A stretch of DNA of 32,000 bases from an uncultured bacterium (GTDB lineage: Bacteria > UBP14 > UBA6098), in assembly GCA_964606695.1 (NCBI GenBank), contig CAZSHG010000002.1:102507-134506 (forward strand), in the 5' to 3' direction. Made by a program: the position numbers and the translations under genes. The notes under the pieces are model-generated. The model was given only the letters and a program-made list of their open reading frames with translations. It ran no database searches and was not told the DNA's origin. This document shows positions 8,261-17,483 of this stretch, piece by piece. Within the stretch, counting starts at the first letter, position 1; every line of letters starts with the position of its first letter.

Positions 8261-9258
8261 CCAAATTCCTCTTTAAGCGGGCGGGTCATAAGTTCGTGGA
8301 GTGCATCTTGTGGGGATATTTTAGATTCGATTACTCTATCGACCATCTCCGTAATCGGCATCTCGACACCGTATTTTTGTGATAAACCGACGGCGGCAGA
8401 AGCCGTGAATACTCCTTCTGCAATCCACTCGACGTTTTTGAGTATGTCCCGGGGCTTCCCGCCCTCCGCGATCATTTTTCCCATGCGATAATTGCGCGAT
8501 TGTTCGCTGGTGCATGTCAGGACGAGATCGCCCAGGCCGGAAATTCCAAAAATCGTGTTATTTTCAGCTCCCATTGCCAGCGCGAGTTTCCTAACCTCGG
8601 CCAATCCACGAACTATCGACGCGGCACGGGTATTCTCTCCAAGCCCGAGACCATCGATCATGCCCGCAGAGAGTGCAAATACGTTTTTCAACGCGCCGCC
8701 AAGTTCGACACCTAAAGTATCGGCGCTTCGATAAACTCTCATAAAAGGCCCGGTAATAAGCTTCTGGACTCTCTCAGCTATTGCAATATCGCCAGCCGCC
8801 ACGAGGACGGTTGGCTTACATCGGGCTACTTCGTTAGCGAAAGACGGGCCGGAAAGGATTATTATTCGGGAGTTTGGGATTATATCAATTATTATCTGCG
8901 ATGGAAAACGGTATGAACCGCGTTCTATACCTTTGGCCAGATTTACGAATATGATATTGTCGGGGAGCTTTTGGATATCTATTCTCTTCAGCACTCCACC
9001 GATATATTGGACGGGCACGGCCAGGAAAACCACCTTAACGTCTTCCAGAGCCTTATTGATATCGTTTGTTGCGATTATTTTTCCGGGAAGATGTATTTCG
9101 GGTAGGAAAACCCGGTTTTCTCCGGATTCGATATCCCGGACGGTTTGTTCTTCGTATGCCCAAATCCTCGGTTTCAATCCAAGCGACCACAGGTGCAATG
9201 CAAATGCTGTCCCCCATGCCCCTCCGCCGATAACAGCCGTTACGGGAACTTCGGACAT
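8254..9258 (-). CDS. gpsA: Glycerol-3-phosphate dehydrogenase [NAD(P)+]
   Basis: VTAVIGGGAWGTAFALHLW...; VFLAVPVQYIGGVLKRI; FVNLAKGIERGSYRFPSQI; GPSFANEVA; ALKNVFALSAGMIDGLGLGENTRAASIVRGLAE; GLSGLGDLVLTCTS. Confidence 0.96.
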   Translation of the reverse strand: MSEVPVTAVIGGGAWGTAFALHLWSLGLKPRIWAYEEQTVRDIESGENRVFLPEIHLPGKIIATNDINKALEDVKVVFLAVPVQYIGGVLKRIDIQKLPDNIIFVNLAKGIERGSYRFPSQIIIDIIPNSRIIILSGPSFANEVARCKPTVLVAAGDIAIAERVQKLITGPFMRVYRSADTLGVELGGALKNVFALSAGMIDGLGLGENTRAASIVRGLAEVRKLALAMGAENNTIFGISGLGDLVLTCTSEQSRNYRMGKMIAEGGKPRDILKNVEWIAEGVFTASAAVGLSQKYGVEMPITEMVDRVIESKISPQDALHELMTRPLKEEFGK

Positions 9259-10265
9259 GCGGCGCCCTCCTCGGCGGCCTTGTAAGCCAAATCTTTCAGG
9301 TCATTGATCTCGGATCGACTCCTATCGATCACCCAGGACGGCAGACGCTCCTCCAGAATCGCCGTGCAATGTAAGCAGACGAAGGCCCAATCTTCGAGTT
9401 TTGCGGCCGCATTCGCCGCCAGTAAATGCACGGTAACCCGATTGATAACCTGCTCCTCCCCCAACGTATCCAATGCCAAAGATAATTGATCGGCGGCATC
9501 GAGGTAGCTTTCAAGATTCCCCTCGGCCTCGTAAATCGCGAGATCATACCATAAAGGCAGAAGACTGCCGGGGTATTTTTCCTCTATTAAATTGCGCATA
9601 ACCCGCGCGGAATCGATCATGTTTTCTTCGCAATATATATATACAAGGGCGTGGATAGCGGCATCACGAGAATATATCGAGTTCCACCTGGCCTCATTTA
9701 ATAATTCTATTCCCTCCTCTTTATTATCATCAACGAAGGGTAAATAAGTCAGAATGCCCAGTTTCGCGCTCTTCCAATAACTATATCCACCCATACCGAG
9801 AGCCGCATCGGCACTAACCGCAGGATAATCATAAGCACGTTCGTAATATTCCATCGCTTCCGAGGATGTTCCAAACGCTTGAATATACTTCCCCTGCTCG
9901 GCCAGAGAAATTGCTTTATAACCGTATGAAGAACCGATAACCCAAAGATTCCACGGATCGAGAGTATCGCTTTTCGACAACGCAATAGCCGAATCGAGAT
10001 ATGCGTTCATTTCGTATGATCGGCGGTAATCTTCGTTGTTCAACATCCAATCCTGGAGATTCGAACCCCTTAAAAAAAGCGGGGCGGGATCGAAAGGAAA
10101 GGCTTCTCGAAGTTCGACAATCATGGAATCGGCTTCCTCGTATTTGTGGACGAACCTCATCGAGATTATTTCGCCGACGGTCTTTTGCATATCGGGATCG
10201 TCGAGGATACTCGCAATAGAGATACCACCGAGTAGAATTATTGTGATTGTCGTTCGTCTAAACAT
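9240..10265 (-). CDS. TPR-like repeat-containing secreted/periplasmic protein
   Basis: N-terminal hydrophobic segment, helical repeats (AFGTSSEAMEYYERAYDYPAVSADAALGMGGYSYWKSA...); overlaps both neighbouring genes. Confidence 0.6.
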   Translation of the reverse strand: MFRRTTITIILLGGISIASILDDPDMQKTVGEIISMRFVHKYEEADSMIVELREAFPFDPAPLFLRGSNLQDWMLNNEDYRRSYEMNAYLDSAIALSKSDTLDPWNLWVIGSSYGYKAISLAEQGKYIQAFGTSSEAMEYYERAYDYPAVSADAALGMGGYSYWKSAKLGILTYLPFVDDNKEEGIELLNEARWNSIYSRDAAIHALVYIYCEENMIDSARVMRNLIEEKYPGSLLPLWYDLAIYEAEGNLESYLDAADQLSLALDTLGEEQVINRVTVHLLAANAAAKLEDWAFVCLHCTAILEERLPSWVIDRSRSEINDLKDLAYKAAEEGAACPKFP

Positions 10266-11839
10266 TTCTCGATTATATGGACAAGGTTATTCTGCAGATT
10301 TGTATCGTATCCCTTCGAGACAATATCGTAACTCAAATTGTCCCCCGTGGAAAAGAGCACCAGCGGGAGATACTCATCTTTAAGTTCGGTTTCATTTTCC
10401 GCACCGGTCAATACGGATATCAACGCGCCGTCGTTGTCTATTAGAATCCTTCGCTGGGTTTCCGGCGCTTCGTTTTGGCCGGTTTTCACCCAAACATAGA
10501 TAAACCTTGCCAAGTCGGCGTATTGTTCGGAGACTTTTTCGACCATAGGCAAAGCGCGTATCGACGGTTCGCCTTCGAGATCGAAAAAGAAGAGCACGAG
10601 TGGTTTTTTATGTTTCACTCGATTGTGACTGAAAGGATTTCCGTCTATATCCGACAATGTAAATTCCGGAAACTCGCCACTCTGTGCCGGTTCGCCAATA
10701 TATTCGGGCACAGAGACATCTACTTTGACGTCAGTGGTTTCGCCTTCTACTATTGTAAACGGTAGAGTCTGCACCCAAACGCTACCGGTTTGATCGCGCA
10801 TCCCGTTCTGTAGAACATAATCTCCGGTTGCCAGTTCGATTACAAATAATCCGTTCGAATCGGCCTGAGCGCCGATTTCATCCAGCGGCCAATACGCGCC
10901 GCCCCCCTGAACCGTTACCGCGAAATGCTCCCATTCTTCCGCGTATTTACCGCCCCTGAAAAATCTCGCCGAAAGGTAGCCCATAGGTGCGTAATCGGAA
11001 GTTACGAGATCGTAATCGAAACCGCCGCTGGCGGACACAACAGTCATGCCGCCGGGGAATTTTTCCGAGGGGAAATTCTTATTGCCGAATTCCTCCGGAT
11101 TACGCGGATAAAGGGGAATCCATTTATCGGACTCGGAATCGTAAACCTCGACCCAGCTCATCCCCGAACCCTCGCCGCGTGTTGTTCTGATCATCGCGTT
11201 TCTACAAGGTATTCCCAGGGACATAAGAATAGCTGTCGTGAGGGCACTACGTTCCCTTGAAGTTCCCCTGCCGCTTTTAAAGGTTTGGTCAGGCGCACGC
11301 ATCCCGCCGAAAAACTCATAGCCCGAAGTGTCGATATTCTCCGCAACCCACTCGTTAACCACTCTCGCGGCGTCGCTAATGTTGCCCTTTTCGAAAGCTG
11401 TTGTGGAAAACTTTTCCCAGAACATTTTACGCCAAGGGGTTACCGGCTCATAACTTATTCGATAAGAGAGAATATAAGGTCTAAACATATCGGCGGGAAT
11501 CTCCCACGGTGCGCTTTCGCGCGCTTTCCATGAATATTCGAGGTGCTCCGAAAGGATTTCTTCCGTCGCCAGCATATGGTCGAGATGAGGCATGGTTTCA
11601 ATCAACCAGATAGCGTCGTCGCGACGTTCTCCGTCGAATTTCCCCACAAAATCTGCCAGTTCTCGCCAGTTGCCTACGGCGTCCTTATAGACTTCGAATA
11701 GATCCTCGACCAACGAATCGTCAACCGCTTTTTCCGCGGCTTTCCAGGCAGACGTGCTGTCGAAATCGTCCGCGAGGTTTTGCCCGTAAGCGCCGACACA
11801 GATAATTACGATGACTATGGTCAATAGAAAATACTTCAT
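10238..11839 (-). CDS. Secreted transglutaminase-like plus thioredoxin-like fusion protein
   Basis: Signal MKYFLLTIVIVIICVGAYG; transglutaminase-like core GRGTSRERSALTTAILMSLGIPCRNAMIRTTRGEGSGMSWVEVYDSESDKWIPLYP; C-terminal redoxin-like FTLSDIDGNPFSHNRVKHKKPLVLFFFDLEGEPSIRALPMVEKVSEQY. Confidence 0.65.
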   Translation of the reverse strand: MKYFLLTIVIVIICVGAYGQNLADDFDSTSAWKAAEKAVDDSLVEDLFEVYKDAVGNWRELADFVGKFDGERRDDAIWLIETMPHLDHMLATEEILSEHLEYSWKARESAPWEIPADMFRPYILSYRISYEPVTPWRKMFWEKFSTTAFEKGNISDAARVVNEWVAENIDTSGYEFFGGMRAPDQTFKSGRGTSRERSALTTAILMSLGIPCRNAMIRTTRGEGSGMSWVEVYDSESDKWIPLYPRNPEEFGNKNFPSEKFPGGMTVVSASGGFDYDLVTSDYAPMGYLSARFFRGGKYAEEWEHFAVTVQGGGAYWPLDEIGAQADSNGLFVIELATGDYVLQNGMRDQTGSVWVQTLPFTIVEGETTDVKVDVSVPEYIGEPAQSGEFPEFTLSDIDGNPFSHNRVKHKKPLVLFFFDLEGEPSIRALPMVEKVSEQYADLARFIYVWVKTGQNEAPETQRRILIDNDGALISVLTGAENETELKDEYLPLVLFSTGDNLSYDIVSKGYDTNLQNNLVHIIEKCLDERQSQ

Positions 11840-11994
11840 ATTCCGCCTTTCATTGTATTATAATATATTTCAAAAGCTCATTTATCAAGAGAAAAGGACA
11901 AAAACGTATTATTATTGCCGGGTAACTTCGGTTTTTCGTTGACATACCGCGCCCTTAAACGTAATATTACTAATTATTGTTTTATTGGAGGATT

Positions 11995-13770
11995 ATGCTC
12001 GAAACACAAATGAGAACACATACTTGCGGGGAACTCAGGCCGGAAATGGCGGGAGAAGCCGTTACGTTAGTAGGCTGGATGCACCACGAACGTCACCACG
12101 GAGGCGTGCTCTTCATCGACCTCAGAGACCGCTACGGCAGAACTCAGGTAACATTCAAACCGGAATTGAAAGACCTCTTCGATAGAGCGGAGAAGTTGAA
12201 TCACGAAGATGTCATTCAGGTAAAAGGAACGGTTACGGTCCGACCGCAGGAAGCCCGTAATCCGAATATGGCGACTGGCGATATCGAAGTTATCGCGGAA
12301 GGACTTTCGGTTCTTGCGAAAGCCAAAACACCTCCGTTTGTAATCGAAGACGAAGTCCACGCGATGGAAGACACGCGGTTAAAATATCGCTACTTAGACC
12401 TTCGCCGCCCGGAATTACGCGATGCTATGTTATTGCGTAGCCACGCGAATATAGTAGCGCGAAAATACCTTCAGGAACTCGGCTTTGTGGATATCGAGAC
12501 CTCTACACTGGTTCGATCGACGCCTGAAGGCGCACGAGATTTTCTGGTTCCCAGCAGAAAACATAAGGGAAAATTTTACGCATTACCTCAGTCCCCTCAG
12601 ATTTACAAGCAACTGCTAATGATCGCCGGTTTCGATCGATATTATCAGATTGCCCGATGTTACCGTGACGAGGATTTGCGTGCCGACCGTCAACCGGAAT
12701 TCACTCAGATCGACGTCGAAATGTCCTTCGTCGAGCAGGAAGATGTTCTTCGTATGGCAGAGGGCTTGTTGGCCAGGCTTTTAAGCGAAATCAGGGGCAT
12801 CAATTTAAAGCTACCCGTGAAACGGATGGATTACGACGAAGCAATGCTCAGGTTTGGTTCAGATAAGCCGGACTTACGTTTCGGCCTGGAAATAGAAGAT
12901 GTAACCGAAATCGCCACGAAAAGTTCATTCAACGTATTCTCCGGAACGGTCGAAAAGGGCGGGTCGGTCAGATGTCTTTACGTGCCACGGGGCGCCGAAT
13001 TGTCGCGTAAGGACATCGATGAACTAACCGAACTCTCCAGGAGATACGGCGCGAAAGGTCTCGCCCAATGTAAATTCATAGATGGCGAGTTCACCGGCGG
13101 TATCGCAAAATTCCTCGATGAAAATGAGCGGTTAGCATATCTGGATAGATTTTCCCCAGAAGACGGTTCTATATTCCTTTTCGTAGCGGATAAACCGCTT
13201 GTATGCGCAAGGGCGTTAGGTGCACTGCGACTCGAAATGGGCAGACGTTTCGATCTTATAGATGAAAAGCGCTGGGAGATGTTTTTCGTTGTTAACTTCC
13301 CTATGTTCGAAATAGACGAGGAAACCGGTCGCCCGGTGGCCAGGCATCATCCTTTCACGATGGTGTATCCAGAGGATATAGACAGGCTGGAGAGCGATCC
13401 GATGTCCGTTCGCTCCATTGCATACGATCTCGTATTGAATGGCTACGAAATCGCCGGCGGCAGTATCAGAACGCACGATCCCGGATTGCTTCGTCGGGTA
13501 ATGAAGGCGATAAAATTAGACGAAAGGGAGGCCGAGAACAAGTTCGGTTTCTTAATGGAAGCTATGAATTACGGCGTGCCACCCCACGGTGGAATCGCCT
13601 TTGGATGGGATAGAATCATTATGTTACTCGCCGGGAAAACTTCCCTTCGGGACATCATCGCTTTCCCAAAAACCACTACGGCACAGTCACTGATGGACGG
13701 CTGTCCCAATGAAGTGGATGAAAAACAACTCGAAGAACTCGGGCTAAAAATCGTCGAAGAGAGGAACTAA
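11995..13770 (+). CDS. aspS: Aspartate--tRNA ligase
   Basis: MLETQMRTHTCGELRPEMAGEAVTLVGWMHHERHHGGVLFIDLRDRYGRTQV...; IETSTLVRSTPEGARDFLVPSR; LPQSPQIYKQLLMIAGFDRYYQIARCYRDEDLRADRQPEFTQIDVEMSF; GIAFGWDRIIMLLAG; GGAGG RBS before ATG 11995. Confidence 0.97.
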   Translation: MLETQMRTHTCGELRPEMAGEAVTLVGWMHHERHHGGVLFIDLRDRYGRTQVTFKPELKDLFDRAEKLNHEDVIQVKGTVTVRPQEARNPNMATGDIEVIAEGLSVLAKAKTPPFVIEDEVHAMEDTRLKYRYLDLRRPELRDAMLLRSHANIVARKYLQELGFVDIETSTLVRSTPEGARDFLVPSRKHKGKFYALPQSPQIYKQLLMIAGFDRYYQIARCYRDEDLRADRQPEFTQIDVEMSFVEQEDVLRMAEGLLARLLSEIRGINLKLPVKRMDYDEAMLRFGSDKPDLRFGLEIEDVTEIATKSSFNVFSGTVEKGGSVRCLYVPRGAELSRKDIDELTELSRRYGAKGLAQCKFIDGEFTGGIAKFLDENERLAYLDRFSPEDGSIFLFVADKPLVCARALGALRLEMGRRFDLIDEKRWEMFFVVNFPMFEIDEETGRPVARHHPFTMVYPEDIDRLESDPMSVRSIAYDLVLNGYEIAGGSIRTHDPGLLRRVMKAIKLDEREAENKFGFLMEAMNYGVPPHGGIAFGWDRIIMLLAGKTSLRDIIAFPKTTTAQSLMDGCPNEVDEKQLEELGLKIVEERN

Positions 13771-13771
13771 T

Positions 13772-14779
13772 TTGAGTAAAAAAGCTTCTAAAATATCTGC
13801 TACGGGAGAACCTATCAAGTTATCACTCGAAGGCATTGACCAACGTAAACTATTCGGTCCGGGAAACGTTTTTGCAACCGATATCGAGTTGCGGTTTCCG
13901 GTAAAACTGGTTGCCCGCGGAGACGAATTAAAAATATTCGGCGATCCACCCGCAACGGAACAGGTGCGTGATATATTCGAGCAGATGATAGACCATCTGG
14001 AGGGTGGCGGGATACTCACAGAACAATCGTTGGAATACGCCATCCGAATGGTAAAAAAGGACGAGAAACCGCTGATTCAGGAGGATTCCGACGACAGAAT
14101 TATCCTGACCAACAGGCATCAGGCGATCCGCCCCAGAAGCCGGGGACAGCGCAGATATATCGAGGCTATATATTCGAACGATCTGGTTTTCTCTATTGGC
14201 CCCGCCGGGACAGGTAAGACCTTTTTAGCCGTAGCCTGCGCGGTGCGGGCTCTCAAGGAGAGGATTATCGACAGAATAATCCTTGTTAGACCTGCTGTAG
14301 AGGCGGATGAATCCCTCGGATTCCTTCCGGGGGACATGAAAGAGAAAGTAGATCCTTATCTACGCCCGCTTTACGACGCCTTATACGATATGATCCCAAC
14401 CCAGCGGATGGATAAATACCTTGCCGAAGGTATAATCGAGGTAGCCCCGCTGGCTTATATGCGCGGAAGAACACTCAACAATAGTTTCATCATTCTCGAT
14501 GAAGCACAGAACACGACCATAAGGCAAATGAAGATGTTTCTCACTCGACTGGGGATAAACAGCAAAGCGGTAGTTACCGGAGACATCACGCAGATAGACC
14601 TGCCTACCAAAAGAGGAAGCGGGCTTGTCCAGATCAAAGGTGTTCTGGATGGTATCGATGGAATAGCCTTCGTCTATCTGGACGACAAGGATGTAGTCCG
14701 CCATAAACTGGTTCAGGATATAATCCTTGCGTATGAGAAATACGAAGAGCGCGTTTCCGAGAAAGGGGACGAAGAATAG
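13772..14779 (+). CDS. PhoH family protein (PhoH-like ATPase, YbeZ type)
   Basis: RSRGQRRYIEAIYSNDLVFSIGPAGTGKTFLAVACAVRAL...IILVRPAVEADESLGFLPGDMKEKVDPYLRPLYDALYD...PLAYMRGRTLNNSFIILDEAQNTTIRQMKMFLTRLG. Confidence 0.93.
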   Translation: MSKKASKISATGEPIKLSLEGIDQRKLFGPGNVFATDIELRFPVKLVARGDELKIFGDPPATEQVRDIFEQMIDHLEGGGILTEQSLEYAIRMVKKDEKPLIQEDSDDRIILTNRHQAIRPRSRGQRRYIEAIYSNDLVFSIGPAGTGKTFLAVACAVRALKERIIDRIILVRPAVEADESLGFLPGDMKEKVDPYLRPLYDALYDMIPTQRMDKYLAEGIIEVAPLAYMRGRTLNNSFIILDEAQNTTIRQMKMFLTRLGINSKAVVTGDITQIDLPTKRGSGLVQIKGVLDGIDGIAFVYLDDKDVVRHKLVQDIILAYEKYEERVSEKGDEE

Positions 14780-14781
14780 CA

Positions 14782-14985
14782 GTGGCTAAGGCTATCGAGA
14801 GGGTCGCCGTAATCAAACATGGTTCGGCGGTGAACGAATTGAAGAATGTTGTCGGATTATCCGATGACAAAACCGCCGCAATTCACGACAGCGTTATCCC
14901 ATATACCCAGGAATTCCTCGATGCGTTTTCTGAAAAAAGGCTTCTTCTAATCGGCCGTAAATACTCGTATAATGAATTTGAATAA
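14782..14985 (+). CDS. Hypothetical 67-aa protein directly downstream of phoH
   Basis: GTG start 2 nt after the phoH-family stop; MAKAIERVAVIKHGSAVNELKNVVGLSDDKTAAIHDSVIPYTQEFLDAFSEKRLLLIGRKYSYNEFE. Confidence 0.45.
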   Translation: MAKAIERVAVIKHGSAVNELKNVVGLSDDKTAAIHDSVIPYTQEFLDAFSEKRLLLIGRKYSYNEFE

Positions 14986-15094
14986 AGGATTTACTGGAGA
15001 ACTCGAGCAATCGTAAATTTCACTATAGATTTGCGTTTTTTATGGTAGATATACTTATGGGTGAGTTCTCGGCTTAGTTTCTATCCACGGCAGA

Positions 15095-15144
15095 GCGGCT
15101 GGCACGAGGATTGCGACATGCCCTGCAATCCTCGCGCCAGCCGC
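15095..15144 (-). terminator. Long 20-bp hairpin immediately after the ABC ATPase stop codon
   Basis: GCGGCTGGCACGAGGATTGC (15095-15114) / GCAATCCTCGCGCCAGCCGC (15125-15144); 19/20 pairs, the exception is a G:U wobble on the minus strand; no U-tract. Confidence 0.6.
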
Positions 15145-15146
15145 TT

Positions 15147-16238
15147 TCATTTAGCATTAATCTTCTCCGCAGTCAGACGCTCTTCCGTTTCGCTGTCGAA
15201 GAGATGGACTTTTTCAATATTGAAGGCGAACCCGAGTTTCTCGCCCATTTGCGGGTTGACATCCGGTTCGACTCGCGCGGTTATTTCGACTCCGGTGTAA
15301 TCGAATGTCAGGAAAATTTCGTTGCCCATGGGTTCGACTACATCGACTGTGGTTTCGAAAATGGGGTCGTCGGAGACGTAGATGTCCTCAGGGCGGACAC
15401 CCAGCCAGACTACTTCTGAGTGGGCTTTTGCGAGGGCTTTTTTTTGAGTTTCGTTGAGGGGAATTTCGTTGCCGAGGATGAAAAGATTTTTGTCCTTGCG
15501 GTCCGCGCGAAGGAAATTCATCGCGGGGGAGCCTATGAAACCGCCTACGAACATGTTGACCGGCTTTTGGTAAAGGGTCAAGGGCGCATCGACCTGCTGA
15601 ATTAGGCCGTGGTTGATGACTGCGATGCGGGTGCCCATGGTCATCGCCTCGGTTTGGTCGTGGGTAACGTATATCATCGTGGTTTTGAGCTTGTTATGAA
15701 GCTGGGAAATTTCCGCGCGCATTTTGACACGAAGCTTGGCGTCGAGGTTCGAGAGGGGTTCGTCGAAGAGGAAGACTTTGGGCTTGCGGACGATAGCTCT
15801 TCCGAGGGCGACTCTCTGCCGTTGCCCGCCGGAAAGGGCGCGCGGTTTGCGGTCGAGATATTCCTTTATACCGAGGATTTCCGCGGCTTCGGTAACGCGT
15901 TTATCGATATCGTCTCGTTCCATATTGCGCATTCGTAGCGGGAATTCCATGTTTCGGCGCACGGTCATGTGCGGATAAAGGGCGTAGGATTGGAACACCA
16001 TGCCTATATCGCGGTCGGAGGGGGAGAGTTCGTTGACGACGCGGTCGCCGATTTTGATTGTGCCCTCGGTGATTTCTTCGAGGCCGGCGATCATCCTCAA
16101 AACCGTAGATTTACCGCATCCCGACGGCCCGACGAGGACCATGAACTCGCCGTCCTTTACGCGTAAGTTCGCATCGGCGACCGCTTTGGTTTTACCCTCG
16201 TAGATTTTTGAGACGTTTTCGAGAATAACTTCGGCCAT
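15147..16238 (-). CDS. ABC transporter ATP-binding protein of the MalK/UgpC/MsmK family
   Basis: MAEVILENVSKIYEGKTKAVADANLRVKDGEFMVLVGPSGCGKSTVLRMIAGLEEITEGTIKIG...LSGGQRQRVALGRAIVRKPKVFLFDEPLSNLDAKLR...MIYVTHDQTEAMTMGTRIAVINHGLIQQVDAP with C-terminal TOBE-like region (GVRPEDIYV). Confidence 0.93.
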   Translation of the reverse strand: MAEVILENVSKIYEGKTKAVADANLRVKDGEFMVLVGPSGCGKSTVLRMIAGLEEITEGTIKIGDRVVNELSPSDRDIGMVFQSYALYPHMTVRRNMEFPLRMRNMERDDIDKRVTEAAEILGIKEYLDRKPRALSGGQRQRVALGRAIVRKPKVFLFDEPLSNLDAKLRVKMRAEISQLHNKLKTTMIYVTHDQTEAMTMGTRIAVINHGLIQQVDAPLTLYQKPVNMFVGGFIGSPAMNFLRADRKDKNLFILGNEIPLNETQKKALAKAHSEVVWLGVRPEDIYVSDDPIFETTVDVVEPMGNEIFLTFDYTGVEITARVEPDVNPQMGEKLGFAFNIEKVHLFDSETEERLTAEKINAK

Positions 16239-16388
16239 GATGTCCTCGCGAGATTAGCGTGTTTCATCAAACTGCCCAATCAATTAACAACTGATTTCCT
16301 GGAAAATCAAGGGGAAAATGGCGGGTGTGGGGGAATAAAAACAAGAAATAACTTGCGAAGGAACTATTTTGGGATTAATTTGGGCATT

Positions 16389-17483
16389 ATGGATATAGTA
16401 AACCTTAAATATGGAGAATTATTCTCTGGCCCTGGTGGATTAGCCTTAGGAGCAATGCTTGCAAGCTTGGAAACAGCCGAGTCCGAATACAGGATTGAGC
16501 ATGCATGGGCATCCGATTACGATAACGACTCTTGTAGCACTTACCAAAAAAATATCTGCCCAGATAAACCGGAAACCGTTATTTGCCAAGACATTAAATC
16601 ACTCGAAATCCAGGCGCTTCCAAAAGTAGATATCTTTGCCTATGGTTTTCCCTGCAACGATTTCAGCATTGTTGGAGAACAGAAGGGATTTAACGGGGGA
16701 TATGGGCCATTGTATTCTTACGGAGTAGATGTCCTAAATAAATTGAAACCACTTTGTTTTGTTGCTGAGAATGTAAACGGTCTTACTTCTGCAAATAATG
16801 GAGGTGCTTTTTCACAAATCCTTAGAGATTTAGAAAATGCAGCCGATGGTTATAACATCGTCGCAAACCTCTATAAAGCAGAAGAATACGGAGTGCCACA
16901 AACAAGACACAGAATTATAATGGTCGGTTTCACAAAGTCTTCCAGCTTTTGGTTTAGAGTCCCCAGGCCTACAACTGCGAGAAACTATATTTCTTCAAAA
17001 ACGGCAATTGAGAATCCGCCTATCGAAAAAAACGCACCTAACAACGAAAAAACAAGACAATCTAAACGAGTTATCGAAAGGCTAAAGCATATCAAGCCCG
17101 GCCAAAACTGCTGGGATGCTGATTTACCCGAACACCTCAAGCTGAATGTTAAAGGCGCCAAGCTAAGCCAAATTTATAAAAGACTCGACCCTGACAAACC
17201 CTCATACACGATTACAGGAAGCGGCGGTGGAGGAACTCATGTTTATCATTATTCTGAAAATCGAGCTCTTACCAACAGAGAAAGAGCAAGACTTCAAACC
17301 TTCCCCGATGATTTCGTGTTCCATGGCCCTAAAGAGAGCGTGAGAAAACAAATCGGCATGGCTGTTCCTCCGAGACTTGCAAAAATTATCTACGAGAGCA
17401 TTCTTAAAACTATAGCCGGAATTCCATATGATTCTGTCGAGCCGAACCTTAATATCAACAAATCTCTATTTGAAAGCTGGTAA
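16389..17483 (+). CDS. DNA (cytosine-5-)-methyltransferase
   Basis: Motif I ELFSGPGGLALGAML, motif IV YGFPCNDFSIVG, motif VI FVAENVNGL, motif VIII QTRHRIIMVGF, motif IX/X RERARLQTFPDDFVFHG...RKQIGMAVPPRLAKII; start either ATG 16389 or TTG 16353. Confidence 0.95.
   Translation: MDIVNLKYGELFSGPGGLALGAMLASLETAESEYRIEHAWASDYDNDSCSTYQKNICPDKPETVICQDIKSLEIQALPKVDIFAYGFPCNDFSIVGEQKGFNGGYGPLYSYGVDVLNKLKPLCFVAENVNGLTSANNGGAFSQILRDLENAADGYNIVANLYKAEEYGVPQTRHRIIMVGFTKSSSFWFRVPRPTTARNYISSKTAIENPPIEKNAPNNEKTRQSKRVIERLKHIKPGQNCWDADLPEHLKLNVKGAKLSQIYKRLDPDKPSYTITGSGGGGTHVYHYSENRALTNRERARLQTFPDDFVFHGPKESVRKQIGMAVPPRLAKIIYESILKTIAGIPYDSVEPNLNINKSLFESW

Noticed and set aside
15420-15978. Plus-strand ORFs (61, 109 and 84 aa) opposite the ABC ATPase
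   Set aside because: Antisense to a clear ATPase gene; no independent coding evidence.
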